Program-made: the position numbers and the translations under genes
Shown here: positions 9,675-18,949 of the stretch, one piece after another
Layout: every line of letters starts with the position of its first letter
How positions within the stretch are numbered: the first letter of the stretch is position 1
Assembly (NCBI RefSeq): GCF_030848945.1
Contig: NZ_JANHAX010000001.1
Location: 1,221,103 to 1,285,102, forward strand
Source: Marimonas arenosa
GTDB lineage: Bacteria; Pseudomonadota; Alphaproteobacteria; Rhodobacterales; Rhodobacteraceae
DNA: 64,000 nucleotides
Direction: 5' to 3'
Notes under the pieces: generated by a model
Databases searched by the model: none
Seen by the model: the letters and a program-made list of their open reading frames with translations, nothing else
What the model was told of the DNA's origin: nothing

Positions 9675-11003
9675 TCACTGCACCATGCGGAAATAGTCGG
9701 CGGTATAGATGTTCTCCATGCCGCTGCCGGCGCAGTGGCTCATCGACATGTTCGACGTACCGGAGATCCCGGCGCCCGAGACGATCGACGCCCCTTGGAT
9801 GCCATCGGCCCGGGCCGCGAAAAGAACATCATCCCTGGCCAGGATCTGGCTGCCGAACATCGCCAGATTGGCGGCGACGTCGACCCCGCCCAGAGTCAGC
9901 AGCACCGAGCCGCCGCCTTCGGCGCAGGCATCGTCGCGGCCGAGTTGCAGACCGCTGGGCGCGGTGATCGACTTGGCGCTCGTATTGGTGGTCACAATCA
10001 CCGAGTCTTCGATAACAGCGCCCTGTTCGAAGGTGATCTTGCAGTTGGTGACGAGCAGTATGTCCGAGAACAGTTGGCCGTCAAACTTGAGCGCGTTGCC
10101 GCCATTGCACCAGATCTTGTGCTTGCGACCGGTGGTGAAATCGGACGGCACGACAGTATTGTTCGCATCGACGGCGATGAAGCCCGCGCCGGTGATGAAA
10201 TCGGGCACGTAGTCGGCCTCGCCCGCGTTCAGGCTGAACACCATGTCTTCCAGACGGTTGATGATGCGCAGGCGGTAGGCGCCGTCGCGCAGCGCCAGGT
10301 CGAGGCCTTCGTTGGTCTCGAAGCCGGACTGCGGCAGGTCGACTTCAGACTTGTCAGGCATCGACACCACGGTGCCGGGCTCGAAGAAGTTGTTCGAGTT
10401 GAGCGACACGTAGGTGTTCGAGTGCAGACAGAAGCCGTTGAAATAGCTGTTGTTCGACTGGATATCGACCACATCCTCGCCGACGAAGCCTTCGGTGAAG
10501 CAGGCCGGCTGGTAGGTCTCGAACACGGCGTTGCGCCGCACGTCGAATTTTTCGCGTCCGATCAGGCCAAGCAGGATCGAACCGGTCGAGTTGTCGCGTT
10601 CCATGATGCGTTGCGTGCTGACCATCACGGCAGTTTTCGAATTGGGGTCGGGTGAGAAGGTGCGGCTTTCGCGGTCCCAGGTGCCGAAGACGATGTCGCC
10701 GGGCATGATCGCGTTGCCCTGGCTCGCATAGGGCAGCATCGTGTCGGCGATGTCCATCGCGGCGGTGACCGCCTCGTCGGCGCTGTTCAGTTCGCGATTG
10801 TAGAGCGCGGCGTGGGCGACGGCGTCGGCGCCGACCTGAAGTTCGGTGCGATGCCCCATCAGCTTGTTGAAGTCGACGGCGAGCCCCCCCATCACCAGCG
10901 TCGTCAACAGGAAGAAGAAGGCCAGGATCGAGGTGCTGCCGGCGTCGTCATCAAGGAATGTTCCGACCATCGTCGCGGGGTTTTTGGAGTTTCTGTTGTC
11001 CAT
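9675..11003 (-). CDS. TadG-like Flp pilus assembly/pseudopilin protein (no vWA domain)
   Basis: ATG at 11003 with GGAGG 7 nt upstream. N-terminal TadE/G-type helix DDDAGSTSILAFFFLLTTLVMGGLAVDF. 443 aa, Asn/Ser/Thr-rich C-terminal half. The track ORF (668 aa) has a spurious N-terminal extension. Confidence 0.65.
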   Translation of the reverse strand: MDNRNSKNPATMVGTFLDDDAGSTSILAFFFLLTTLVMGGLAVDFNKLMGHRTELQVGADAVAHAALYNRELNSADEAVTAAMDIADTMLPYASQGNAIMPGDIVFGTWDRESRTFSPDPNSKTAVMVSTQRIMERDNSTGSILLGLIGREKFDVRRNAVFETYQPACFTEGFVGEDVVDIQSNNSYFNGFCLHSNTYVSLNSNNFFEPGTVVSMPDKSEVDLPQSGFETNEGLDLALRDGAYRLRIINRLEDMVFSLNAGEADYVPDFITGAGFIAVDANNTVVPSDFTTGRKHKIWCNGGNALKFDGQLFSDILLVTNCKITFEQGAVIEDSVIVTTNTSAKSITAPSGLQLGRDDACAEGGGSVLLTLGGVDVAANLAMFGSQILARDDVLFAARADGIQGASIVSGAGISGTSNMSMSHCAGSGMENIYTADYFRMVQ

Positions 11004-11020
11004 CTCAAGACCTCCGAATT

Positions 11021-11428
11021 TCAGAACTCGACCACGTGCTCGGCCTGCACGGTGATCTGTGTTGTCGAGAAGAACTGTTTGCCCAGGCCCTTCAGCGGCA
11101 TCATGTCGAAGGCCGGGATCGAGAGCTGTGTCTTGATGATCCCGCCGTCGACGACGGTGTCGACCGTCACGTTCGGGCTCAGATAGGCCAGTTCCTGGGT
11201 GATATGCTGCTCGGTCTCGATATCGGTTGTGAACCAACCAAGGGAAAACGCCCGATTGGCATCCTGCACGACTCGCAACATCTGGGATTCGTTGAAGAAG
11301 ACCATCGCGACATTGACCATGAACGCGAGGAAGAACACGAAGATCGGTACCCAGATGACAGCTTCTATCGTCTGACTGCCGGATTCCGACCGGACGAAGT
11401 CGCGGAAATAATGGTTCAGCTTTTTCAT
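11021..11428 (-). CDS. TadE-like pseudopilin
   Basis: 136 aa. N-terminus ESGSQTIEAVIWVPIFVFFLAFMVNVAMVF matches the TadE-like signature. Local GC is clearly lower than the surroundings. Start may instead be the GTG at 11440. Confidence 0.6.
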   Translation of the reverse strand: MKKLNHYFRDFVRSESGSQTIEAVIWVPIFVFFLAFMVNVAMVFFNESQMLRVVQDANRAFSLGWFTTDIETEQHITQELAYLSPNVTVDTVVDGGIIKTQLSIPAFDMMPLKGLGKQFFSTTQITVQAEHVVEF

Positions 11429-11689
11429 TTTGTTGTCCACAGCGGTTGGGTTTGACTAACGCGCACCGGGCAGGCACCGGCACCGCACAATCGAGAAAAG
11501 GAACACTCGCTAAGGTAGAGAGAATTCCAGTCGCCGCTCGTGGCACAAATGGGGCGGAAATGGGGAGCAAAGGAAAACTTCGGCTCGTGTTTTGCCGAAA
11601 TTGCCGCCCGTCGGCGGAACTTTGCCGCACTGTTGCGCAACTTTCTGCCGAAAATGCCGAAATACGGCAAAAGGGCCGCAAAATGCTGG

Positions 11690-13126
11690 TCAGAGACCTT
11701 TGGCGCGATAGCTGGCCGCCACCCGGTCGATCGAGACGAGATAGGCGGCCATGCGCAGATCCTCGACATCGTCGCGCGCGTGCCAGACCTCGTGCATCGA
11801 CTGGTAGGCGGTACGCATCGTGTCGTCGAGGCCGGAGCGCACGAGTTCGAGCTCGTCGGCGCCGCGCAGATACCTATCCTTGAACTCGGGGCGCAGCGAC
11901 CAGGCATCGCCGAGATAGCGGTCGAGCCGTTCAAGTTCGTCGACCACAAGCTGGTGGCGGGCCTCTTCCTGGCGGCGCTGCATGCGGCCGAAGCGGATAT
12001 GGGAGAGGTTCTTGACCCACTCGAAATAGGACACCGTCACGCCGCCGGCATTGGCATACATGTCGGGAATGATGACCACGCCCTTGGCGCGCAGCACTTC
12101 GTCGGCCCCGGCGGTGACCGGGCCATTGGCGGCCTCGATGATCAGCGGGGCCTTGATCCGCTCGGCATTCTGCAGGTTGATGACGCCTTCGAAGGCGGCC
12201 GGGATCAGGACATCGCATTCCTCTTCCAGAACGGCGGCGCCCTCGGCGGTGTGGGTGGCATCGGGAAAGTTCGCGACCCCGCCATGCTTGACCAGCCAGG
12301 CGTGCACCGCGCCGACATCGAGCCCGGCGGGATCGAACAGAGCGCCGTCACGCTCGATGATGCCGGTGATGCGGCAGCCGTCTTCCTCCTGAAGGAACTT
12401 GGCAGCGTGGTATCCGACATTGCCCAGCCCCTGGACGATCACCCGTTTGCCGTCGAGCTTGCCCGACAACCCGGCCTTGGCCACGTCCTCGGGGTGGCGG
12501 AAGAATTCACGCAGGGCATACTGCACCCCCCGGCCCGTCGCCTCGACCCGGCCGGCGATGCCGCCGGCGTTGAGCGGCTTACCGGTGACGCAGGCGCGGG
12601 CATTGATGTCGGTGGTGTTCATCCGGGCATACTGGTCGGCGATCCAGGCCATTTCCCGCTCGCCGGTGCCCATGTCGGGGGCGGGCACGTTCTGTGACGG
12701 GTTGATCAGGTCGCGCTTGGCCAGTTCATAGGCGAAGCGCCGTGTGATCAGTTCAAGCTCGTGATCGTCGTATTGCCGCGGGTCGATCCGCAAACCGCCC
12801 TTGGAGCCGCCGAACGGGGTTTCGACCAGGGCACATTTATAGGTCATCAGCGCCGCCAGCGCCTCGACCTCGTCCTGGTTCACGCCCATGGCATAGCGGA
12901 TGCCGCCCTTGACCGGCTCCATGTGTTCGGAATGGACCGAGCGATAGCCGGTGAAGGTCTGGATCTGGCCACGCAGCCGGACCCCGAAACGTACCGTGTA
13001 AGTGGCGTTGCAGACCCGGATCTTCTCTTCCAGCCCCGGCGGCAGGTCCATGATCGCGACGGCACGGTTGAACATCAGATCGACGCTTTCGCGGAAACTG
13101 GGTTCTTGAGTGGTGGACATATCCAT
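11690..13126 (-). CDS. gdhA: NAD(P)-specific glutamate dehydrogenase
   Basis: Glu/Leu/Phe/Val dehydrogenase family: catalytic region KGGIRY...PFGGSKGG, Rossmann GLGNVGYHAAKF. The ATG at 13126 has GGAGG at 7-nt spacing. The track ORF carries a 164-codon spurious extension. Confidence 0.85.
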   Translation of the reverse strand: MDMSTTQEPSFRESVDLMFNRAVAIMDLPPGLEEKIRVCNATYTVRFGVRLRGQIQTFTGYRSVHSEHMEPVKGGIRYAMGVNQDEVEALAALMTYKCALVETPFGGSKGGLRIDPRQYDDHELELITRRFAYELAKRDLINPSQNVPAPDMGTGEREMAWIADQYARMNTTDINARACVTGKPLNAGGIAGRVEATGRGVQYALREFFRHPEDVAKAGLSGKLDGKRVIVQGLGNVGYHAAKFLQEEDGCRITGIIERDGALFDPAGLDVGAVHAWLVKHGGVANFPDATHTAEGAAVLEEECDVLIPAAFEGVINLQNAERIKAPLIIEAANGPVTAGADEVLRAKGVVIIPDMYANAGGVTVSYFEWVKNLSHIRFGRMQRRQEEARHQLVVDELERLDRYLGDAWSLRPEFKDRYLRGADELELVRSGLDDTMRTAYQSMHEVWHARDDVEDLRMAAYLVSIDRVAASYRAKGL

Positions 13127-13524
13127 GTGCATGCCTCCGGACACGGGTTCATCTTCGGGCACGACTCGTCCCCTCACCTGACAGATTGTCGCAGGTTCGG
13201 GCAGAATGGCAAACAACCCTTTCCAAGGCGCTAACACCAGGCCGATCCGCCCGCTGGGTGACGCCGGATCAGTTTGCGGCATTTTCCCGGCACCGCGCGC
13301 GGTGGTCGCAGCAAGCACGGGCAAATTTGGTTCGAATTGTCGACAAATCGAGAACACCGCCGCGCTGGCGCACGGATTGCACGCAATCGGCCAACAAACC
13401 CGCCAATTTTCCCTGTTTTTCGCCAAATTTTCGCCGCTTTTCAGAGCGATAAGGAAGCTTGGGTTTTCATATCCGGTCGTGGGGACAGATCGGGAAGGCC
13501 CGTCACTTGGGTGAGAGTAACGAC

Positions 13525-15252
13525 ATGACGGATACTGCGTCGAAGACCACAGACGGCACACCGGGCAGCCTGGTGTCACCGTGCGCCGTGCGGCTTGCAC
13601 GCGTCGCCGGGAAACTCCGCACATTCCGCCGCGACGAAAGCGGCGTGATGATCGCCTACTCGGTCGTCTTTTTCCTCATCATGCTGATCATCGGCGGGAT
13701 CGGCGTCGATTTCATGCATTACGAAATGAAGCGCACGCGACTGCAGAACACGCTCGACCGGGCCGTGCTGGCGGCGGCCGACATGCAGCAACCGCTTGAT
13801 CCGGCAGCGGTGGTCGAGGACTATCTCGCCAAGGCGGGGCTGAATGCCACCCTGACCGCGGCTCCGACGGTGAACGCCGGCCTTAACTACCGCGATGTGA
13901 CCGCCGGCGCGACGCTGATCGTGCCGACCCAATTCATTCACATGCTGGGCTTCGACTCTCTGGTCGCCCCGGCGCTGGCCCAGGCCGAGGAAAAGATCGA
14001 GGCCGTGGAAATCGCGCTGGTGCTCGATATCTCGGGCTCGATGGGCTCGAACAACCGGCTGGTGAACCTCAAACCGGCGGCGCGGGAATTCATCGACGCG
14101 GTGATGGACCTGACCCAAGCCGGCGGCGTTTCGGTGTCGATCGTTCCCTACAACACCCAGGTGAACGCGGGCGAGACACTGCTGCAGCACTACGACGTGT
14201 CAAACGAGCACAATTTCTCGAACTGCGTCAACTTCGAGGACCAGCACTTCGACAGCGCGGCGCTTGATCCCGCTGAGAGCCTCGAGCGGACGATGCATTT
14301 CGACATGTTCTCGTACTACAGCGGCGAAACAGACCCGTCGAACCCGAGCTATCCGCCGAACGGGTCCGAACTGCCGAAACCGGTCTGCCCGACGCGGGCG
14401 GGTTCGGAAATCACGGTCATGAGCACGGACGCGGCCGCGCTGAAAAACCAGATCAACGCGCTGACCGCCGGCGGCAACACTTCGATCGATATCGGCATGA
14501 AATGGGCCGCGACGCTGCTCGATCCGGGCACCCGGCCGGTGATCACCCAGATGATCGCCGACGGCGATGTCAACGCCTTCAATGCGGGCCGGCCGCTGGA
14601 CTATGGCACCCCGAACACGATGAAGGTGATCGTGGTGATGACCGACGGCCAGAACACCAATCAGTACAAACTGCCGGACACGATGCGGGACGCCCGGTCC
14701 GATGTCTATTACTTCCCCGGCGAGCCCGGCCGGATTTCGATCCGCTACAACCGTTCCAGTCCCGAAAAATTCTACTACCCGCATTCCGACACCTGGAACA
14801 CGAAACCCTACGGTTGGAGCGGCGATTTCATCGACGACAACAATGACGGCGAACCCGATGACGGCGTGGTGAGCGTGGTGCAGCGGCTGTCCTATCAAGA
14901 GCTGTTCGCCTGGTACTCGGTGGCGCAGAATGCCCGGTATCACTACGGACCGCTGGAACAAACCCTGGGCGGCGACGGCTATGGCCGGGCCTGGGACGAG
15001 TGGTACAGCAACCTGCCGGAGGTCGTGAACGGGACGATGAAGGACACACGCCTGCAGAACATCTGCGGCGCGGCCAAGACGGAAGGCGTGATGATCTATG
15101 CCATCGGCTTCGAGGCGACCAGCAACGGCAACAGCCAACTGCGCAACTGCGCCAGCTCGCCGAGCCATTTCTTCAACGCCACCGGGGTCAGCATCCGGGA
15201 CGTGTTCCAGGCGATTGCCATCTCGATTGCGCAACTGAGGCTGACACAATGA
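13525..15252 (+). CDS. TadG-like pseudopilin with C-terminal von Willebrand factor A domain (cassette A)
   Basis: N-terminal TadE/G helix RRDESGVMIAYSVVFFLIMLIIGGIGVDFMHYEM. vWA MIDAS motif LVLDISGSMG. 575 aa. Confidence 0.75.
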   Translation: MTDTASKTTDGTPGSLVSPCAVRLARVAGKLRTFRRDESGVMIAYSVVFFLIMLIIGGIGVDFMHYEMKRTRLQNTLDRAVLAAADMQQPLDPAAVVEDYLAKAGLNATLTAAPTVNAGLNYRDVTAGATLIVPTQFIHMLGFDSLVAPALAQAEEKIEAVEIALVLDISGSMGSNNRLVNLKPAAREFIDAVMDLTQAGGVSVSIVPYNTQVNAGETLLQHYDVSNEHNFSNCVNFEDQHFDSAALDPAESLERTMHFDMFSYYSGETDPSNPSYPPNGSELPKPVCPTRAGSEITVMSTDAAALKNQINALTAGGNTSIDIGMKWAATLLDPGTRPVITQMIADGDVNAFNAGRPLDYGTPNTMKVIVVMTDGQNTNQYKLPDTMRDARSDVYYFPGEPGRISIRYNRSSPEKFYYPHSDTWNTKPYGWSGDFIDDNNDGEPDDGVVSVVQRLSYQELFAWYSVAQNARYHYGPLEQTLGGDGYGRAWDEWYSNLPEVVNGTMKDTRLQNICGAAKTEGVMIYAIGFEATSNGNSQLRNCASSPSHFFNATGVSIRDVFQAIAISIAQLRLTQ

Positions 15253-15794
15253 GCCGCTGGACAGACCGTATCATGACCCCGTTGCGCCGGTTCCGGCGCT
15301 CGGAGGCCGGCACCGCGACGGTGGAATTCGCCATCATCTTTCCGTTTTACGTGACCCTGTTCATGACCACGGTGGAACTGGGGATGATCACCTTCCGGCA
15401 CTCGATGCTGGAGCGCGGGCTCGACCTGGCGGTGCGCGACGTCCGCCTCGGCACCGGAACGAACCCGAGCCATGACGAGATCAAGGACCGGATCTGCACC
15501 TATGCCGGGGTTCTGCCGAACTGCACAGACAACCTGCGGCTGGAAATGACCGTCGTCGATCCGCGCAACTATGTCTCGCCGACGGCGTCGGCCGACTGCA
15601 TCGACCATTCCGAAGCATCCAACCCGCTGCGCGCCTTCGTCAACGGCGCCGCGAACGAGATGATGATGCTGCGAGCCTGTTATGTCTTCTCGCCGCTCTT
15701 CCCGACCGCCGGTCTGGGGTATTCTCTTTCCAAAGACGGTGCCGGCAATACCGCCATGGTGGCAACGTCGGCCTTTGTGCAGGAGCCAAGCTGA
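15249..15794 (+). CDS. TadE-like pseudopilin (cassette A, first)
   Basis: ATG overlaps the upstream stop (caATGAgc). N-terminus RRSEAGTATVEFAIIFPFYVTLFMTTVELG matches the TadE-like motif. 181 aa. Confidence 0.7.
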   Translation: MSRWTDRIMTPLRRFRRSEAGTATVEFAIIFPFYVTLFMTTVELGMITFRHSMLERGLDLAVRDVRLGTGTNPSHDEIKDRICTYAGVLPNCTDNLRLEMTVVDPRNYVSPTASADCIDHSEASNPLRAFVNGAANEMMMLRACYVFSPLFPTAGLGYSLSKDGAGNTAMVATSAFVQEPS

Positions 15795-16381
15795 TGCGCC
15801 TGACGTTCCCGCAGATTTCCCTGCCTCGCCTGTTGCGCGCCCGGATTGCCGCATTTGCCGGTGAAACCCGCGGCTCGGTTACGGTCGAGGCCGTGATCAT
15901 GCTGCCGATCCTGGTCTGGGCCTATACCGCACTTTACACCTTTTTCGACGCCTATCGGCAAACCTCGATCAACCACAAGGCCGCCTACACGATCTCGGAC
16001 ATGATCTCGCGCGAGACGACCGAGATCAACGATCAGTTCATCGACGGCGCCTACCAGATGCTGAACTTTCTCACCCGGTCGACCGACGCGCGCGACATGC
16101 GCGTGACCATCGTCCGCTATCACGAGGACACGACTTCGTATGATGTGGAATGGTCCGAAACCCGCGGTTCGGTCAGCGCGCTGGCCAGCGGCGATCTTAT
16201 CGGCTGGGAAGACCGGCTGCCGGTGATGGTGGACCAGGAGGTGCTGATCCTGGTGCAAACCTGGACGGACTACTCCGCCCCGTTCGGCATCGTGGGTCTG
16301 AACAACCAGACGATCGAGACTTTCGTGTTCACCCGGCCCCGCTTTGCCATGCAGGTCTGCTGGGAGACCTGTGAAGCCTGA
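15794..16381 (+). CDS. TadE-like pseudopilin (cassette A, second)
   Basis: TGATG stop/start overlap with the preceding gene. N-terminus ETRGSVTVEAVIMLPILVWAYTALYTFF. 195 aa. Confidence 0.65.
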   Translation: MRLTFPQISLPRLLRARIAAFAGETRGSVTVEAVIMLPILVWAYTALYTFFDAYRQTSINHKAAYTISDMISRETTEINDQFIDGAYQMLNFLTRSTDARDMRVTIVRYHEDTTSYDVEWSETRGSVSALASGDLIGWEDRLPVMVDQEVLILVQTWTDYSAPFGIVGLNNQTIETFVFTRPRFAMQVCWETCEA

Positions 16382-16774
16382 CGGGTCTGCCCGCCCGCGC
16401 AGCGCCCGGCCGGCGCGGCAGACGCGGATCCGGACACAATTCATGAAGATTGCATCCGCCGCGCCATGTCGCATTTGTCGATGGCGCGGCGCATCGATGG
16501 GCAGTGCCGGGCCCCGGGGAGTGACACTTTCCGACGGCGCGACCGCGACCGGAACATGCGCGCAGCCCCCGGCGCGAACCGAACCGGGGCGAAACTGAGG
16601 CAAGGGCGTGGCGCGGATTGCCCGATGCTTCCCAAAAAAGCTCCAAAAAAAGTCCTAGATGGTCACGTTTTCGCCCGCAACCGGACGAAAAAAGGACCCA
16701 ACTATGAACTTAAATCATCCTTGGAAAAGTGGCCTGACGTGCCACGAAGCTGAGAAAAAGAAAGAGTTGGGACA

Positions 16775-18409
16775 ATGTCTAAACGCGGAACAAACCACAG
16801 CGGTGACACCCGATTTACCAATTGCCATGCTGCCAGCGACTCGGCTGACGTTCTACCGGTGATCCGTCGCGCGGAAAACTATCTGCGCCGGTTCCGGAAA
16901 GATGAAAGCGGCGTGTTGATCGGTTTCGGTGTGTTCCTGATCCTGATGATGCTTGCCGTCGGCGGCATCGGGGTCGACTTCATGCGCTTCGAATTCAACC
17001 GTACATCGCTGCAGGCGACGTTGGACCGGGCCGTTCTGGCCGCGGCCGACCTCGACCAGACACTCGACGCGAATTACGTGGTGCAGGACTATTTCGCCAA
17101 ATCCGACATCGCCGAGTACCTGAAGACGATCACCGTCGACGAAGGCGTGAGCCACAAGCAAGTGTCGGCGACCGCCGAAATCGAGATGGCGACGCAGCTC
17201 ATCCACATGGTCGGGGTCGATACGCTCACGGCCAGGGCCGCCGGCACCGCCAAGGAAAGCATCGGCAACGTCGAAATCTCGCTGGTGCTCGACGTGTCGG
17301 GATCGATGGGCTGGCACAACCGCCTGACCAACATGAAAACCGCCGCCAAGGACTTCGTCGATCTTGTCATCAACAATTCGCCCCCGGGCGACGTGTCGAT
17401 TTCGCTGGTGCCCTACGCCACCCAGGTGTCGCTGGGCGAAACCATGTTCGATGAATACAACACGACACGCGATCACAACTATTCGCACTGCATCGACTTC
17501 CTTGCCGACGAATTCAACAACACCCAGATTCTGCCGACCGAGCCGCTGCAACAGACGGCGCATTTCGATCCGTGGAACACCGCCCCGGTGCCGTCGGGTC
17601 AGTCGCTGGCCCGCCCGGTCTGCCCGACCAACCCCAACACCCGCATCCTGCCGCTGTCGAAGAACGCGCTGGCCTTGAAGAACCATATCGATGGGCTGAC
17701 CGCGGGCGGCAACACGTCGATCGACCTGGGCATGAAATGGGGTGCGGCGCTGCTTGATCCGACTTCGCGGCCGGTGGTCAACAACCTGATAACCGCCGGC
17801 GAGATCGACGCGGAGTTCGCCGACCGACCGAAACTCTATGATCCGATTCAAAACCTCAAGGTCGCGATCATCATGACGGATGGTGAGCACACCGAGCAGC
17901 CTTACATGCTGTCGCCCTATACCGATACGCTGTCGGATATCTGGATGCACAATTCGGGCAAGTTCTCGGTCAAGCACAACAGCCAGTGGTACTATCCGCA
18001 TGACGGCTCCTGGAACGATGCGCCCTACAAGGACAGCAATGGCCAGGGTTCGAACCGCCTGACCTACCCGGAACTGCACAACCTTCACCCACTGAAGTAT
18101 CTCGCAGTGACCCTCTGGAGCGACATTCTGGGCAGTGAAACTGCCGCAATTTCCGGCAAGGCCGAAGGCAAGTACGAGGTTCACAACGTCGGCTGGAAAG
18201 ACCAGCGCCTTGACCAGGTGTGCACGGTCGCGAAGAACCAGGGCATCATCGTCTTCACCATCGCCTACGAAGCCCCGCGCAACGGTCAGCGGGTTCTGCA
18301 AAAATGCGCCAGCTCGGACGGTCACTACTTCGACGCCGAAGGGCTGGAACTCGGAGACGCCTTCGTCGCCATCGCATCCTCGATCTCGAAACTGAGGCTG
18401 GTACAATGA
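16775..18409 (+). CDS. TadG-like pseudopilin with vWA domain (cassette B, paralog of 13525-15252)
   Basis: Paralog of the cassette A TadG-vWA gene. RKDESGVLIGFGVFLILMMLAVGGIGVDFMRFEF aligns with the cassette A N-terminus. MIDAS motif LVLDVSGSMG. Shared blocks TLDRAVLAAAD, NALTAGGNTSID, SQLRNCASS/QKCASS. About 50% identity overall, judged by eye. Confidence 0.75.
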   Translation: MSKRGTNHSGDTRFTNCHAASDSADVLPVIRRAENYLRRFRKDESGVLIGFGVFLILMMLAVGGIGVDFMRFEFNRTSLQATLDRAVLAAADLDQTLDANYVVQDYFAKSDIAEYLKTITVDEGVSHKQVSATAEIEMATQLIHMVGVDTLTARAAGTAKESIGNVEISLVLDVSGSMGWHNRLTNMKTAAKDFVDLVINNSPPGDVSISLVPYATQVSLGETMFDEYNTTRDHNYSHCIDFLADEFNNTQILPTEPLQQTAHFDPWNTAPVPSGQSLARPVCPTNPNTRILPLSKNALALKNHIDGLTAGGNTSIDLGMKWGAALLDPTSRPVVNNLITAGEIDAEFADRPKLYDPIQNLKVAIIMTDGEHTEQPYMLSPYTDTLSDIWMHNSGKFSVKHNSQWYYPHDGSWNDAPYKDSNGQGSNRLTYPELHNLHPLKYLAVTLWSDILGSETAAISGKAEGKYEVHNVGWKDQRLDQVCTVAKNQGIIVFTIAYEAPRNGQRVLQKCASSDGHYFDAEGLELGDAFVAIASSISKLRLVQ

Positions 18410-18948
18410 GTATGATGATCCCACTGGCCCGACATCTGCGGCGGTTCCGCCGCCGCGATGAGGGCACCGCGACAATCGAATTCGCGATCCTCTTCCCCGC
18501 GTTCGTGATGATCCTGCTGAGCAGCGTCGAACAGGGCATGATCACCATGCAACACTCGATGCTGGAGCGTGGTCTCGACGTGGCGGTGCGCAACGTCCGT
18601 CTCGGCACCGGTGATGCGCCGCAGCATGACGAGATCAAGGCACAGATCTGCGAGTATGCCGGGGTTCTGAAGAACTGCGACACCACGCTGCGGCTGGAGA
18701 TGGTCCAGGTCGACCTGCGCAACCAGGTGGCGTTCGACAGAAGCGCCGACTGTGTCGACACCTCGGAAGCGGTCCAACCGGTCCGCAACTTCGTCAACGG
18801 ACGCGAGAATGACCTGATGCTGCTCAGGGCCTGCGTCAAGATCGACCCGATCTTCCCGACCACCGGCCTGGGCAAACAGCTGGCCAAGGATGGTGCCGGG
18901 CAAGTGGCCCTGGTTGCAATGTCCGCCTTCGTGCAGGAGCCTGAATAA
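18406..18948 (+). CDS. TadE-like pseudopilin (cassette B, first)
   Basis: ATGA overlap with the upstream stop. RRRDEGTATIEFAILFPAFVMILLSSVEQG. C-terminus AMSAFVQEPE nearly identical to cassette A (ATSAFVQEPS). Confidence 0.7.
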   Translation: MSMMIPLARHLRRFRRRDEGTATIEFAILFPAFVMILLSSVEQGMITMQHSMLERGLDVAVRNVRLGTGDAPQHDEIKAQICEYAGVLKNCDTTLRLEMVQVDLRNQVAFDRSADCVDTSEAVQPVRNFVNGRENDLMLLRACVKIDPIFPTTGLGKQLAKDGAGQVALVAMSAFVQEPE

Positions 18949-18949
18949 C

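Noticed and set aside
9390-10655. 421-aa plus-strand ORF
   Set aside because: Antisense of soxB 5' end and the TadG-like gene. No motifs.
16853-18475. 540-aa minus-strand ORF
   Set aside because: Antisense of the cassette B TadG-vWA gene, which has paralog support from cassette A.
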